Positions 1 through 11,836 of a stretch of 64,000 bases of DNA are shown in pieces; the stretch's first letter is position 1, and the number at the start of each line of letters is the position of its first letter. The notes under the pieces were generated by a model. That model saw nothing but the letters and a program-made list of their open reading frames with translations. It did not search any database and was not told the origin of the DNA. Position numbers and translations under genes: made by a program. Source of the stretch: Squalus acanthias (Eukaryota). The stretch spans positions 151,406,001 to 151,470,000 of the forward strand of contig CM059432.1 of the NCBI GenBank assembly GCA_030390025.1, given 5' to 3'.

Positions 1-150
1 GGGTCGGAGGTCTGCTCTGGAGGTACGCCTCCGACCGTAAATTCCAACCCACTGATTTGAAAAATAAAGTCCCCACCGCTTATAGCGGGTGCGTTCGTGC
101 GAATACGATTTGCCCGCTATACGTGATGGCCAGTATAACGGGATATGGTT

Positions 151-1050
151 TCTCTGATTTCCCCCTCCCAATTCACGCTAGCACTGATCTCTGATTTCCC
201 AATTCACACTAGCACTGATCTCTGATTTCCCAATTCACACTAGCACTGATCTCTGATTTCCCAATTCACGCTAGCACTGATCTCTGATTTCCCAATTCAC
301 GCTAGCACTGATCTCTGATTTCCCAATTCACACTAGCACTGATCTCTGATTTCCCAATTCACACTAGCACTGATCTCTGATTTCCCAATTCACGCTAGCA
401 CTGATCTCTGATTTCCCAATTCACGCTAGCACTGATCTCTGATTTCCCAATTCACACTAGCACTGTTCTCTGATTTCCCCCTCCTAATACACACTAGCAC
501 TGATCTCTGATTTCCCAATTCACACTAGCACTGATCTCTGATTTCCCAATTCATGCTAGCACTGATCTCTGATTTCCCAATACACACTAGCACTGATCTC
601 TGATTTCCCCCTCCCAGTACACACTAGCACTGATCTCTGATTTCCCAATTCACGCTAGCACTGTTCTCTGATTTCCCAATTCACGCTAGCACTGATCTCT
701 GATTTCCCAATACACACTAGCACTGTTCTCTGATTTCCCAATTCACACTAGCACTGTTCTCTGATTTCCCAATACACACTAGCACTGTTCTCTGATTTCC
801 CAATTCACACTAGCACTGTTCTCTGATTTCCCAATACACACTAGCACTGATCTCTGATTTCCCAATTCACACTAGCACTGATCTCTGATTTCCCAATTCA
901 CGCTAGCACTGATCTCTGATTTCCCAATTCACACTAGCACTGATCTCTGATTTCCCAATACACACTAGCACTGATCTCTGATTTCCCAATACACACTAGC
1001 ACTGATCTCTGATTTCCCCCTCCCAATTCACACTAGCACTGATCTCTGAT
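151..1050. repeat. 31-bp minisatellite, about 28 units (TCTCTGATTTCCCAATTCACRCTAGCACTGA)
   Basis: Head-to-tail units with few variant positions; four units carry an extra ~7 bp (CCCCCTC-like); no unique spacers. Confidence 0.97.
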
Positions 1051-1239
1051 GGGTTTTTACGACAATCTGATAGTTTCATGGTCACCATTACTGATACTAG
1101 CTTTTTATTCCAGATTTTTTTAATTAACTGAATTTAAATTCCACAGCTGTCGTGGTGGGATTTGAACTCAAGTCTCTGGATCATTAGTCCAGGCCTTTGG
1201 ATTACTAGCCCAGTGACAATACCACTACGCCACCGTACC
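1051..1239 (-). mobile_element. tRNA-derived SINE, 5' half
   Basis: Minus strand reads GGTACGGTGGCGTAGTGG (A box) ... GAGTTCAAATCCC (B box); a related fragment lies at about 55176-55280 (+). Confidence 0.75.
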
Positions 1240-1372
1240 TTCACCACACGGACTGCAGCGGATCAAGGCGGCGGCTCACCACCACCTTCTCAAGGGCAAT
1301 TAGGGATGGGCAATAAATGCTGGCCTTGACAGCGACGCCCACATCCCATAAACAAATAAAATTAATAAATAA
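1235..1372 (+). mobile_element. 3' tail of a CR1-like LINE (lineage B)
   Basis: Matches the 3' end of the copy at 11012-11836 (CAAGGGCAATTAGGGATGGGCAATAAATGCTGGCC), followed by an A-rich tail. Confidence 0.85.
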
Positions 1373-2157
1373 ACACCGACATGGACCTGTTGGGCCGAAT
1401 GGCCTGTTTCTGTGCTGTAAACACTGTGTAATTCCAGCGATACTTAAAGGATCAGAAGCTGCAGTAAGGGAAAGCTGGAAGCATATCTGGCACTCATTTT
1501 TCCTTGATTTTGTTGGGTGTTTTGAGCCTTAACACCTCCTCAACTTCAACTCCTTGCTGCTGGGTGTGCTCTTTAAATGTCTCTGACACTGGGATAAGCT
1601 GCTCCATTGATTCACCCCTCCCCCCAACAGATCATTCCAGCCCTCCCCTTTAAGCTGCTGCAGCATGCCATTGTTGGTGTCTGCCTGAAGGATTTCTACC
1701 CTCCCTTGTTCTACTTATGTTGTTGGTTCCTACATGGACCACAACAACTGGATCCTCCCCCTCCCACTCCAAGTTCTTCTCCAGCCACGAGGAGATGGCA
1801 CTGGGCAGGCAACGCAACCTTCGGAACTCCCAGTCGTGGCTGCAGAGAACAGCATCTATCCCCCTGACTATACTGCCCCCACTTTCCTTTTCACTTCCCC
1901 CACTTGCCCGTCTGCTACCTGATGCTGCTACTCCATTTGTGCATTATATTAGACAGAGTGGTCGCATATAGCAGTCATAAACGGAGTGCATCATAAACAG
2001 AGTGTAAAAGTTGGGAATACATTTTCAATTTAATCTACCTATAATATAAGTTAGATCAAGTAGTTAGTTGGAAGGCTAAAAACTATAAGTTAAGTTGATT
2101 AAATACATAAACATTAATTAATTAATTAAATAAATAAATAAAAATGGTTAGATAGGG

Positions 2158-2570
2158 ATGGCAGTGCAGGTGGTGTGCCGCAACTGCAGCATGTGGGAGT
2201 TTGTGGAGAGCATTGTGATCCTGGACAACCACCTTTGCAGGAAGTGTCTCCATCTCGAGGAACATCAGCTCAGAGTTTTTGAACTGGAGTCTGAGGTGCA
2301 GTCATTGCGGGGCATCAGGGATGGGGAGAGTTACCTGGACACTTTGATCCAGGAGGCAGTCACACCCCTTAGGTTAGGCAGTGGTACAGGTCTGGTTAGT
2401 GAACAGGGACAGGAGGGTGTGACTGCAACTCAGGCAGGTTAAGGGGACCCCAGGTGCAGTGCTGGAGGAGCCTCAGCCTTTGCCCTTGTCCAACAGGTAT
2501 GAGGTTCTTGCTGCCTGTGTGGATGAGGGAAAAGTCTGCAGGGTGGATGAGCAAGCTGACCATGGCACCG
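2158..2570 (+). mobile_element. CR1 LINE ORF1 N-terminal remnant (Cys cluster plus leucine zipper)
   Basis: CRNCSMWE...CRKC followed by a heptad-like LRVFELESEVQSL and the LSNRYEVL motif typical of vertebrate CR1 ORF1; interrupted by a stop. Confidence 0.75.
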
Positions 2571-3432
2571 CAAGTCTCAGTGCAAAAGCCCATAGAAAGT
2601 CTACGAGCAAGTGTAAGTATAATGAATGGCTAGCGCTATTCATTCGCCACTGACCGCAAAATCCGGGCCATTAAGTTTATTCAGTGTAGAAGCTGAGCTT
2701 TAAGCAAGTTGGGGTGAATATCCGCATCGATTCTCCCGCTCACCTACCATAACCTCAGTGGAAGAGCCATGGAAACCCCTGGAAAATGTCACTCCTGCAG
2801 GATTTGCAGCGGATAACCCAATGGAAATTCGCCCCCATTGGATGAGCTTTGCAGCAGTAGTTACATAAGTCCCTGTTAAAATGGCTGCATCTTCCTGAAA
2901 AGTCTTTGAAGAAGAGGGTTTTTCTTGGTTGGAGAGGGAAAAGAGCCAAATGAGACAAAGGCCATCTTTGTGACAACGTCGCTTTTGTTGTCCACTGGTG
3001 ACACAGTGACACATTGACTTATATTTCTACAGAGTTCCATGCAGAAAGAAAACGTTGCAGAGCACTTAATACGGCAGAAAAAGGTGGAACAAGAGAAGGA
3101 AAAAGGGGGAGCAAATCTAGCTGGGAGGCCAAAAGCGCAGTTGAAGAGGAGAAAGAAGAATGGGGACCGAGGGTATTCCAGTGTCAGCGAGCAGGGAGGT
3201 ACAGCTGGGGGCGATCACTCCGATACAATGGAGCACGGCCAAGGAAGGATTTGAAAATGAGGATGGGTATCATGGGGTATGGGCATGAGTGAGAATAGAG
3301 TGATGGGAGTGCAGGATTTTGTGCAAATAGGGACACGGAGGTTTGTAGAGGGTGGAGGCATCCTTGATCATCAAGGTGATGAATGCGTAGATGGGCATTT
3401 CAGCAGCAGTGAGGGAACTGAAAGAAAATATA

Positions 3433-5831
3433 GACCTAGAAATTTGGTTCCGCAGCACCATTGTTTAGGCACTACGAGTGCTGAATTGGGACCAAAATGG
3501 CTTCCAAGCAGCGCGCGCACACATCTGGTACGGGCCACACCGGATGCCATCTTGGTGAGGGCGGTAGGGCGGCCGTTAGGAGCATGCGCTAGAAGTATGG
3601 TAAGTAGACAGATCGTAACATCAATCAGCGTGCAACACTGATTTGACGTCAGCGCTGCCATTTTCGTCGTCATCGCTGGAGCTAACGCCCTTGCTTAACG
3701 TCGCACAGCTGAACATGTGTTCAGCCACAGGAAGGACCCCCCACCAGCGATATTTAAAGGGATCATCAACAACTTTCAGGTAACTTGCTTTTTGATTTCT
3801 ACTGGCTCTGTGTAAATTTGTTGAAGTGTTTGGAGCTTTCTAGAGTTGTTTAAAGTTGGTGAGGTGACGGGGAGTGGTGCTGCAAGTGGAGAAAGCCTTG
3901 CTTCTGACTTCAAGGGTTCTGGTCAGACCACTTGCTCCTGGTCGTTGGGTGCTCTCGTTGTCATCCCCCTTGGCCTACAGCATGACAGGGAGATGGAGCA
4001 GAGGCAGCAAAGAAGAGGGCAAGCTGCTCACAGAGGGAGGAGGAGGAGGGGGAGAAGGGCTCTCAGCAGGAGGCCTTACCCACCTAGGGTCTTCTGAGCA
4101 CAATTCTCTTACCTCAGCCTGAGCCAGGAGCAGTGTGTGAGGCATTTGTGCTTTACGAAGGAGGTGCTCACAGAACTCTGCCACCTCTTGCAACCAGACC
4201 TGCAGCCTCACACCAGGGTATGGAGAGCGCTGCCAGTGGCTGTGAAGGTGACCGTGGACCTGAATTTCTTCGCATTGGGATGCTTCCAGCCTGGAGCAGG
4301 CGACATCTGTAACATCTCCCAGTTCACTGTTCACTGCTGCATAAGAGAGGTGACAGATGCTCTTTATGCCAGGAGAGGGGACTTCATTGTCTTCTCTCTG
4401 ACCAGAGACAAGCAGGCGGAGCGTGTACGTGGCTTTGCCAGGATAGCGGGCTTCCCATGGTGCAGGGCGCGACACCGTATATAAATGCTGAGTTATACCG
4501 CAACTACAAAGGTTATTACTCGTTGAATGTGCAAATGGTGTGCGACCATGCTCAGCACATCAGGATGGTGAATGCCCGGTATCCTGGCAGCAGTCATGAT
4601 GCTTTCATTCTGCACCAGTCTGCTGCTCCCTCAGTCTTTGAGCCACCACGACAAACCAGAGGGTGGCTACTGGGTGGCAAGGGCTACCCACTGACCACCT
4701 GGCTCATTATTCCGCTCCGCAACCCTACCACATATAAGCAGCATGCATACAATGAGAGCCGTGCTGCCACACGGAATCTGATAGAGCAGACCATTGGCGT
4801 GCTTAAACAACGTTTCCATTGCCTGGACCACGCTGGACTGGTCCTGCAGTACTCACCAGACATCTCAATATTCGTCGTGTTCTGCTGCATGATCTACAGT
4901 CTCGCCATAATGAGGGCATAGCCCTTGCAACAAAGTCAACTAATCACCCTTGTGCATTCCCTTAGTGTCAGTCTTCAGTGTGCCTTTGCCTATTCTAGTG
5001 CTCCTACGAAGCGCTACCCCAGTGGCTGCAGCATGGTTGGTGGAAGGCTACTGACTTTCCATGGGGGACACGGCAGATGGCCTTGCAGGATGAACTTGAG
5101 CAGCTCTGGGCCTAGGAGCTGCACTCATCCAAGCAAGTGGAGAGTATTCCCTCACACTCCTGACTTGTGTCTTGTAGATGGTGGAAAGGCTTTGGGGAGT
5201 CAGGGGGTGAGACACTCAACGCAGAATACCCAGTCTCTGACCTGCTCTTGTTGCCACAGTATTTATGTGGCTGGTGGCCTCCATGCTACATGCCAAGGGG
5301 GATACAAGCTACTTCACCCATGTCTGGGAGCAACTGGTCAGTGCAAACCCCTTGCAACTCAGTACCAAGTCCTTGAGCACGTGCCACACCACTCCTTGTA
5401 GATTAAGACAACTTTAAATAAGTCTAGAAAGCACCAAATGCTTGTACAAACTCAGCAACAGCTAGTAGAAATCAATCAGCAACTCACCTGTAAGTAGGTT
5501 ATGATCCCCTTAAATAGCGCTAGTGTGGGGTCCTTCCTGCTGCTGAACTCATGTTCAGCTGTGCGAGTTGAAGAAAAGGCATTTGCTCCAGCATCGAGAT
5601 CGAAAATGGTAGTGCTGGCGTCAAATCAGCGTTACAGGTTAATTGACGTCATGATCTAATCTCCATACCGACGGCGCACACTCCCAGTGTCAACATTAAC
5701 ACCCTCACCAAAATGGCATCCAGCGCAGCCCACACCAGAAATGTGTGCGCACTGCTCGGACGCCATTTGGGGCACAAAATGGCAGCTGAAGAGTCGAAAA
5801 ACCGGGCGTCACGGTGCTGAATTTCTAGCCT
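3433..5831 (+). mobile_element. PIF/Harbinger DNA transposon remnant (composite)
   Basis: Termini GACCTAGAAATT and AATTTCTAGCCT; contains a transposase remnant and the 3' end of a convergent Myb/SANT-like gene (about 4940-5115, minus). Confidence 0.85.
3946..4921 (+). pseudogene. Harbinger transposase (HARBI1-like DDE nuclease), frameshifted
   Basis: Motifs RRPYPPRVF, FPMVQGA, KGYYSLNVQMVCDH, YPGSSHDAFIL, GWLLGGKGYPL and RNLIEQTIGVLKQRF are spread over several frames; the GAIDC aspartate is deleted. Confidence 0.9.
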
Positions 5832-6214
5832 GTGTTATCTGAATAAGGAAGGATCTGCTATATTGGAGGGCAACAGCTAACATGTATAAGTAATGGAGCA
5901 GGCCTGACCCCTGGTGTTGTTACTGAGTAAACACCTCAAGAAAGACCTGGTACTTCATTCTCTTTTGAATAGGAACTCAATCATCCTCACCTTGAAATTC
6001 CAGGGATTTGGAAATGTAACAAAGATGCTATTTGGGAAAGCGGGGCAGCATTTAGGATGAGACCCAGTTATTCTGAAAGTTTGGTTGGTTACATAAAATA
6101 TCTGCCCAGATGTGAAAGGGGAAGGTATTCTGATCCCATGCAAATATAAGAAATCTGTCATATAATGTATTTCCAATCATGTGTGCCCGAGTGCACTTGT
6201 GCGCCATTGGTGTT

Positions 6215-6642
6215 TGTTTATTCGATCACGGGATGTTGGCAAGGCCAGCATTTATTGCCCATCCCTAATTGCTCTTGAGAAGGTGCTGCTGAGCCGCCTT
6301 CTTGAACTGCTGCAGTCCATGTGGTGAAGGTGCTCCCACAGTGCTGTTAGGGAGGGAGTTCCAGGATTTTGACCCAGTAACTATGAAGGATCGGCGATAT
6401 ATTTCTAAGTCAGGATGGTGTGTGACTTGGAGAGGAACTTGGAGGTGGTGGTGTTCCCATGCGCCTGCTGCCCTTGTCCTTCTAAGTGGTAGAGCTCGAG
6501 GGTTTGGGAGGTGCTGTCGAAGAAGCCTTGGCGAGTTGCTGCAGAGCATCTTGTAGATGGTACACACTGCAGCCACGGTACGCCGGTGGTGGAGGGGGTG
6601 AATGTTTAAGGTGGTGGATGGGGTGTCAATCAAGCAGGCTGA
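6215..6642 (-). mobile_element. CR1-like LINE (lineage B), 3' fragment
   Basis: ORF RRTVAAVCTIYKM...SFIVTGSKSWNSLP, near-identical to 11012-11836. Confidence 0.88.
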
Positions 6643-6646
6643 TTTG

Positions 6647-8327
6647 TCATACAGTCATAACATTCGGCCCATCGAGTCCGTGCCGGCTCTCTGCGGAGCG
6701 ATCCAGTCAGTCCCATTCCCCCGTTCTATCCCCTGTAGCCCTGCAAGTTTATTTCCCGCAAGTGCCCATCCAGTCTCCCCTTGAAAACATTGAGTGTCTC
6801 CGCTTTCACCACTTCCGTCGGCAGCGAGTTCCAGGTCATCATCACTTGCTGCGTAAAAAAGTTTCTCCTCACATCCCCCCTGTATCTCTTGCCCAAAATC
6901 TTAAATCTGTGTCCCCTAGTCCTTGTACCATCAACTAGTGGGAACAGCCTTTCTCCGTCTAGCCTATCCAAACCCGTCATAATCTTGTACACCTCTATCA
7001 AATCACCCCTCAACCTCCTTTCCTCTAATGAAAACAAATCCAGCTTCTCCAACCTGTCCTTGTAGCCAAGATCCCCCATCCCCGGAACCATTCTGGTAAA
7101 TCTCCTCTGCACCCTCTCAAGGGCCTTCACATCCTTCCTAAAGTGTGGTGACCAGAGCTGGACGCAATAATCCAGTTGTGGCCTAACCAGCGCTTTATAA
7201 AGGTTCAGCATAACTTCTCTACTTTTGTACTCAATACCTCTATTTATGAAGCCCAAGATCCCATATGCTTTGTTAACCACACTCTCAATATGTCCTGCCA
7301 CCTTTAGGGACCTATGCACATTAACTCCCAGGTCCCTCTGTCCCTGCACACTCTTTAAAACTGTCCCATTAAGTGTATATTGCCTCTCCCTGTTCCTTCT
7401 GCCAAAATGCATCACCTCACACTTCTCTGTATTAAATTCCATCTGCCACTTGTCTGCCCATTCTGCTAGCCTTTCTATGTCCTGTTGCAGTCGATTGGTA
7501 TCATCCTCACTGTTTGCCACACCCCCAAGTTTGGTGTCATCGGCAAATTTAGAAATTCTACTTTTTATTCCAATATCCAGGTCATTTATATCTATCAAAA
7601 AAAGCAGTGGCCCCAGCACTGACCCTTGGGGAACACCACTGTACCATCCTCCAGTCTGAAAAACAGACATTTACCACAACTCGCTGTTCTGTCCTTAAGC
7701 CAATTCTTATCCAAGCTGCCACTGACCCGCCTATTCCATGAGCCTCAATTTTGTTAGCCAGCCTTCTATGTGGTACTTTGTCAAATGCCTTCCTAAAATC
7801 CATGTAGACAACATCCATTGCGTTCCCTTCATCAATCCACTCTGTTACTTCATCAAAAAATTCAATTAGATTAGTCAAACATGATCTGCCTTTTACAAAT
7901 CCGTGTTGGCTCTCCTAAATTAGCTTAAACCTCTCCAAATGCCCGTTAATTTTTCCTTGATTATTGTTTCTAAAACTTTACCCACCACTGATGTTAAACT
8001 GACCGGCCTATAGTTACTAGGATTGTCCTTACACCCTTTCTTGAACAATGGTGTCACATTTGCCACTTTCCAATCCTCCGGCACCTCCCCCGCATCTAGG
8101 GAAGATTGGAAAATTATGGCAAGCCCTTCCGCTATCTCCTCCCCAATTCCCTTAGCAACCTGGGATGCAAGCCATCTGGACCAGGCGACTTATCCACTCT
8201 AAGCATACCCAGCCTTTCTAGTATATCCTGTCTATCAATTTTCACCCCTTCCATTGCTTCTACCTTTTCAATTTCTACCGATATTTTGTCAGCATCCACC
8301 TCCTTAGTAAACACTGATACAAAGTAC
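6647..8327 (-). mobile_element. CR1 LINE ORF2 (RT), 5'-truncated
   Basis: [61 protein letters not shown]. Confidence 0.95.
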
Positions 8328-9040
8328 TATAAGCCCACTGACTCCCACAGCTACCTGGACTACACTTCCTCCCACCCCGCTTCCTGTAAGGACTCTATTC
8401 CATACTTCCAGTTTCTCCGTCTCCGCTGCATCTGCTCTGACGATGCCACCTTCCATGCTAGTGCTTCCGACATGTCTTCCTTTTTCCTTAACCGAGGATT
8501 CCCCTCTACTGTGGTTGACACGGCCCTCGACCGTGTCCATTCTATTTTCCGCACGTCTGCTCTCACCCCTTCCCCTCCCTCCTGGAACCATGATAGGGTT
8601 CCCCTTGTCCTCACTTTTCACCCCACCAGCCTCCACATTCAACAGATCATCCTCCGCCATTTCCGCCAACTCCAGCATGATCCCACCAACAAACACATCT
8701 TCCCCTCACCTCCCCTTTCAGCATTCCGCAGGGACCGCTCCCTCCGCAACACCCTGGTCCACTCCTCTATCACCCCCAACACCCCTTCCCCTTCGCCCGG
8801 CACCTTCCCGTGCAAGCACAGGAGATGCAACACATGCCCTTTTACCTCCCCCCTTCCCACTGTCCAGGGCCCCAAACACTCCTTCCAGGTGAAACAGGGA
8901 TTTACTTGTACTTCTTGCAATTTAGTATACTGTATTCGCTGCTCATGATGCGGTCTCCTCTACATTGGGGAGACCAAACGCAGATTGGGTGACCGCTTTG
9001 CGGAACACCTCCATTCAGTCCGTAAGGGTGACCCCGAGCT
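8324..9040 (+). mobile_element. Penelope-like element fragment (RT thumb to GIY-YIG endonuclease)
   Basis: YYKPTDSHSYLDYTSSHP, CKHRRCNTC, NLVYCIRCS*CGLLYIGETKRRLGDRFAEH. Confidence 0.92.
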
Positions 9041-9464
9041 TGTGTAACTCAAACTGTGAGTCAATTTCTTCTAAGATACAGTGCATTGATCGAAATATCT
9101 GCCTTTTTAATAGGTAATGTGCCTTAAATTTCAGAGCATGAATTTCATACACTCTGAACGTGTATTAATTGTCATCCCTACCACTGACATCTCAAAGGAT
9201 GCAGGGTGTATTACTAGCCATTGGCTTTGAGAATTTGTTGTGATTTCTTAATTAATATCTTGCCAAATTCTTAAATTTAACACTATTACATGTATCATTG
9301 AACCCATCACAGTTCTTGACATCTCTAGCAAGTTGATGAAAGGCCAGGCCTGAACAATGTGAGATTTGGTAAGTTACTTTAAATTCAATTATATCTGGCC
9401 TATAATTCCTCAGCGGTTGAACTTTCATTTTTACAATTTTCTACCACTTATTTTTCCACTCGTG

Positions 9465-9916
9465 GGGGTGTAATTGGCAAATAAATTTCAATATAGAGAA
9501 GTGCGAGGTGGTGCATGTTAGTAAGAACAAAAAGGAGGCCAGATACTCCTTGGAAAATCAGAGTATAAATGGGGTAGAGGAGCAGAGGGGTCGGGGGTAC
9601 GGATACACACATCACTAAAAGTACATGATGCAGGTTAATAGGGCCACTAAATAAAGCAAACAAAACACTGGGCTCATTTCTAGAGGGATTGAATTGAAAA
9701 GCAGATAAGTTATGCTAAACTTATATCGAACCTTGGTCAGACTGCACTTGGAGCACTGTGAACGGTTCTGCTCTCCATATTATAAAAAGGATATAGAAGC
9801 ACTGGAGGAGGTGCAAAAAAGAACTGAAAGATTCTACCCATCAGGAAAGATTGAACAGGCTGATAGAGGTCTTTAAGATTATGAAAGGGTTTGATAGGGT
9901 AGACATAGAGAAGATG
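9465..9916 (+). mobile_element. Degraded CR1 ORF2 fragment
   Basis: Recognisable FNIEKCEVVH and LYRTLVRLHLEHC segments. Confidence 0.75.
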
Positions 9917-10335
9917 TTTCATGACCTCAGGATATCCCAAAGCGCTTTACAACCAATGAAGTACTTTTGAAGTGTTGTCACTGTTGTAATGTAAGAAACG
10001 CGGCAGCCAATTTGCGCACAGCAAGCTCCCACAAACAGCAATGTGATAATGACCAGATAATCTGTTTTAGTGATGTTGATTGAGGGATAAATATTGGCCC
10101 CAGGACACCGGGGGAACTCCCCTGATCTTCTTCAAAATAGTGCCACCTGAGAGAGCAGACGGGTTCTCAGTTTAAAGTCTCATCCGAAAGACGGCACCTC
10201 CGACAGTGCAGCACTCCCTCAGCACTGCACTGGAGTGTCAGCCTAGATTTTTGTGCTCAAGTCTCTGGAGTGGGACTATGAACCCACAAACTTCTGACTC
10301 AGAGGCGAGAGTGCTACCCACTGAGCCACGGCTGA
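9917..10335 (-). mobile_element. SacSINE1/DeuSINE-type SINE
   Basis: Reverse complement of the copy at 58849-59313. Confidence 0.88.
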
Positions 10336-11011
10336 AGAGGGGTGGCAGGAGGCTCATGTGGAGCATAAACACTGGCATGGTCTGTTTCTGTGCTGTACAT
10401 TCGATGTAATTTTATGTAAAATCTCAGAAGCATATGGAAGCATAAACCAATGTTAAACCTTTGATTGACATGAAATAGTTATCCAAAATAGTTTTCTTGT
10501 GTTCAACATATGTTGTAGGAATTTACTCACGTCAAGCTTTGCCTCCCTCCTGAGGGTCAGTGACAACAAGCCATCTGTCCCTGGAGATTTCTTTGCATTT
10601 TGACATTTGAATGTTATTGAATATCTATATTTAGATTGTTTTTACATCTATTTGCATAACTGAATGCAGCACGACCTAATTCTTCACATGAAATAATTGA
10701 TACATTTTTATTTACCCTTCTTTATTTCAACACACAATGTAAATACCAGTCGATTCCCCCAGCATTTCACATGAGGATTCAGGACCAAGTGTAGTCTTCA
10801 AGTGAAGCAAGTTTAGAGGGTGTGGGATAATTGCATCAGGAGACTTAGAGGTAATTCAGTCTTTATTTTAAGTTCATACACTGTCTTTATTTTTAGATAG
10901 TACTTAAATAAAACTTATGGCAATTTGGGAAGCAGAGAATTAGAGTTGGTTGCAACATAGGAGCTTCTCTGCAGTAAATGGCTGAGGAACTAGAAGACAT
11001 AAAACAGAAAA

Positions 11012-11836
11012 CTGCCCGCATGCAGCAAGACCTGGACGACGTTCAGGCTTGGGCTGATAAGTGACAGGTAACATTCGCACCACACAAGTGCCAGGCAATG
11101 ACTATCTCCAACAAGCGAGAGTCTAACCACCGCCCCTTGACATTCAACGACATTACCATCGCCGAATCCCCCACCATCAACATCCTGGGGGGGGTCGCCA
11201 TTGACCAGAAACTTAACTGGACCAGCCACATAAATACTGTGGCAACAAGAGCAGGTCAGAGGCTGGGTATTCTGCAGCGAGTGTCTCACCTCCTGACTCC
11301 CGAAAGCCTTTTCACCATCTACAAGGCACAAGTAAGGAGTGTGATGGAATACTCTCCACTTGCCTGGATGAGTGCAGCTCCAACAACACTCAAGAAGCTC
11401 GACACCATCCAAGACACAGCAGCCCGCTTGATTGGCACCCCATCCACCACCTTAAACATTCACTCCCTCCACCACCAGCGTACCGTAGCTGCAGTGTGTA
11501 CCATCTACAAGATGCACTGCAGCAACTCGCCAAGGCTTCTTCGGCAGCACCTCCCAAACCCGTGACCTCTAGAAGGACAAGGGCAGCAGGCGCATGGGAA
11601 CACCACCACCTCCAAGTCACACACCATCCTGACTTAGAAGTATATCGTCGTTCTTTCATCGTCGCTGGGTCAAAATCCTGGAACTCCCTGCCTAACAGCA
11701 CTGTGGGAGTACCTTCACCACACGGACTGCAGCGGTTCAAGGCGGCGGCTCACCACCACCTTCTCAAGGGCAACTAGGGATGGGCAATAAATGCTGGCCT
11801 TGCCAGTGATGCCCACATCCCATGAATATTAAAAAA
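11012..11836 (+). mobile_element. CR1-like LINE (lineage B), 3' portion of ORF2 plus tail
   Basis: QQDLDDVQAWAD, IYKAQVRSVMEYSPLAW and SKSWNSLP, then the 3' tail and an A-run. Confidence 0.9.

Noticed and set aside
151..1050. CRISPR-like array
   Set aside because: Units are contiguous with no unique spacers, the context is eukaryotic, and there are no cas genes.
4137..4921. Domesticated HARBI1 gene
   Set aside because: Frameshifts, lost catalytic aspartates, and three dispersed copies within the window indicate ordinary transposon remnants.
8106..8948. 280-aa ORF as a novel fusion gene
   Set aside because: Chance read-through from the antisense strand of a CR1 into a Penelope fragment (junction about 8324); non-ATG start, and a stop before the YIG motif.
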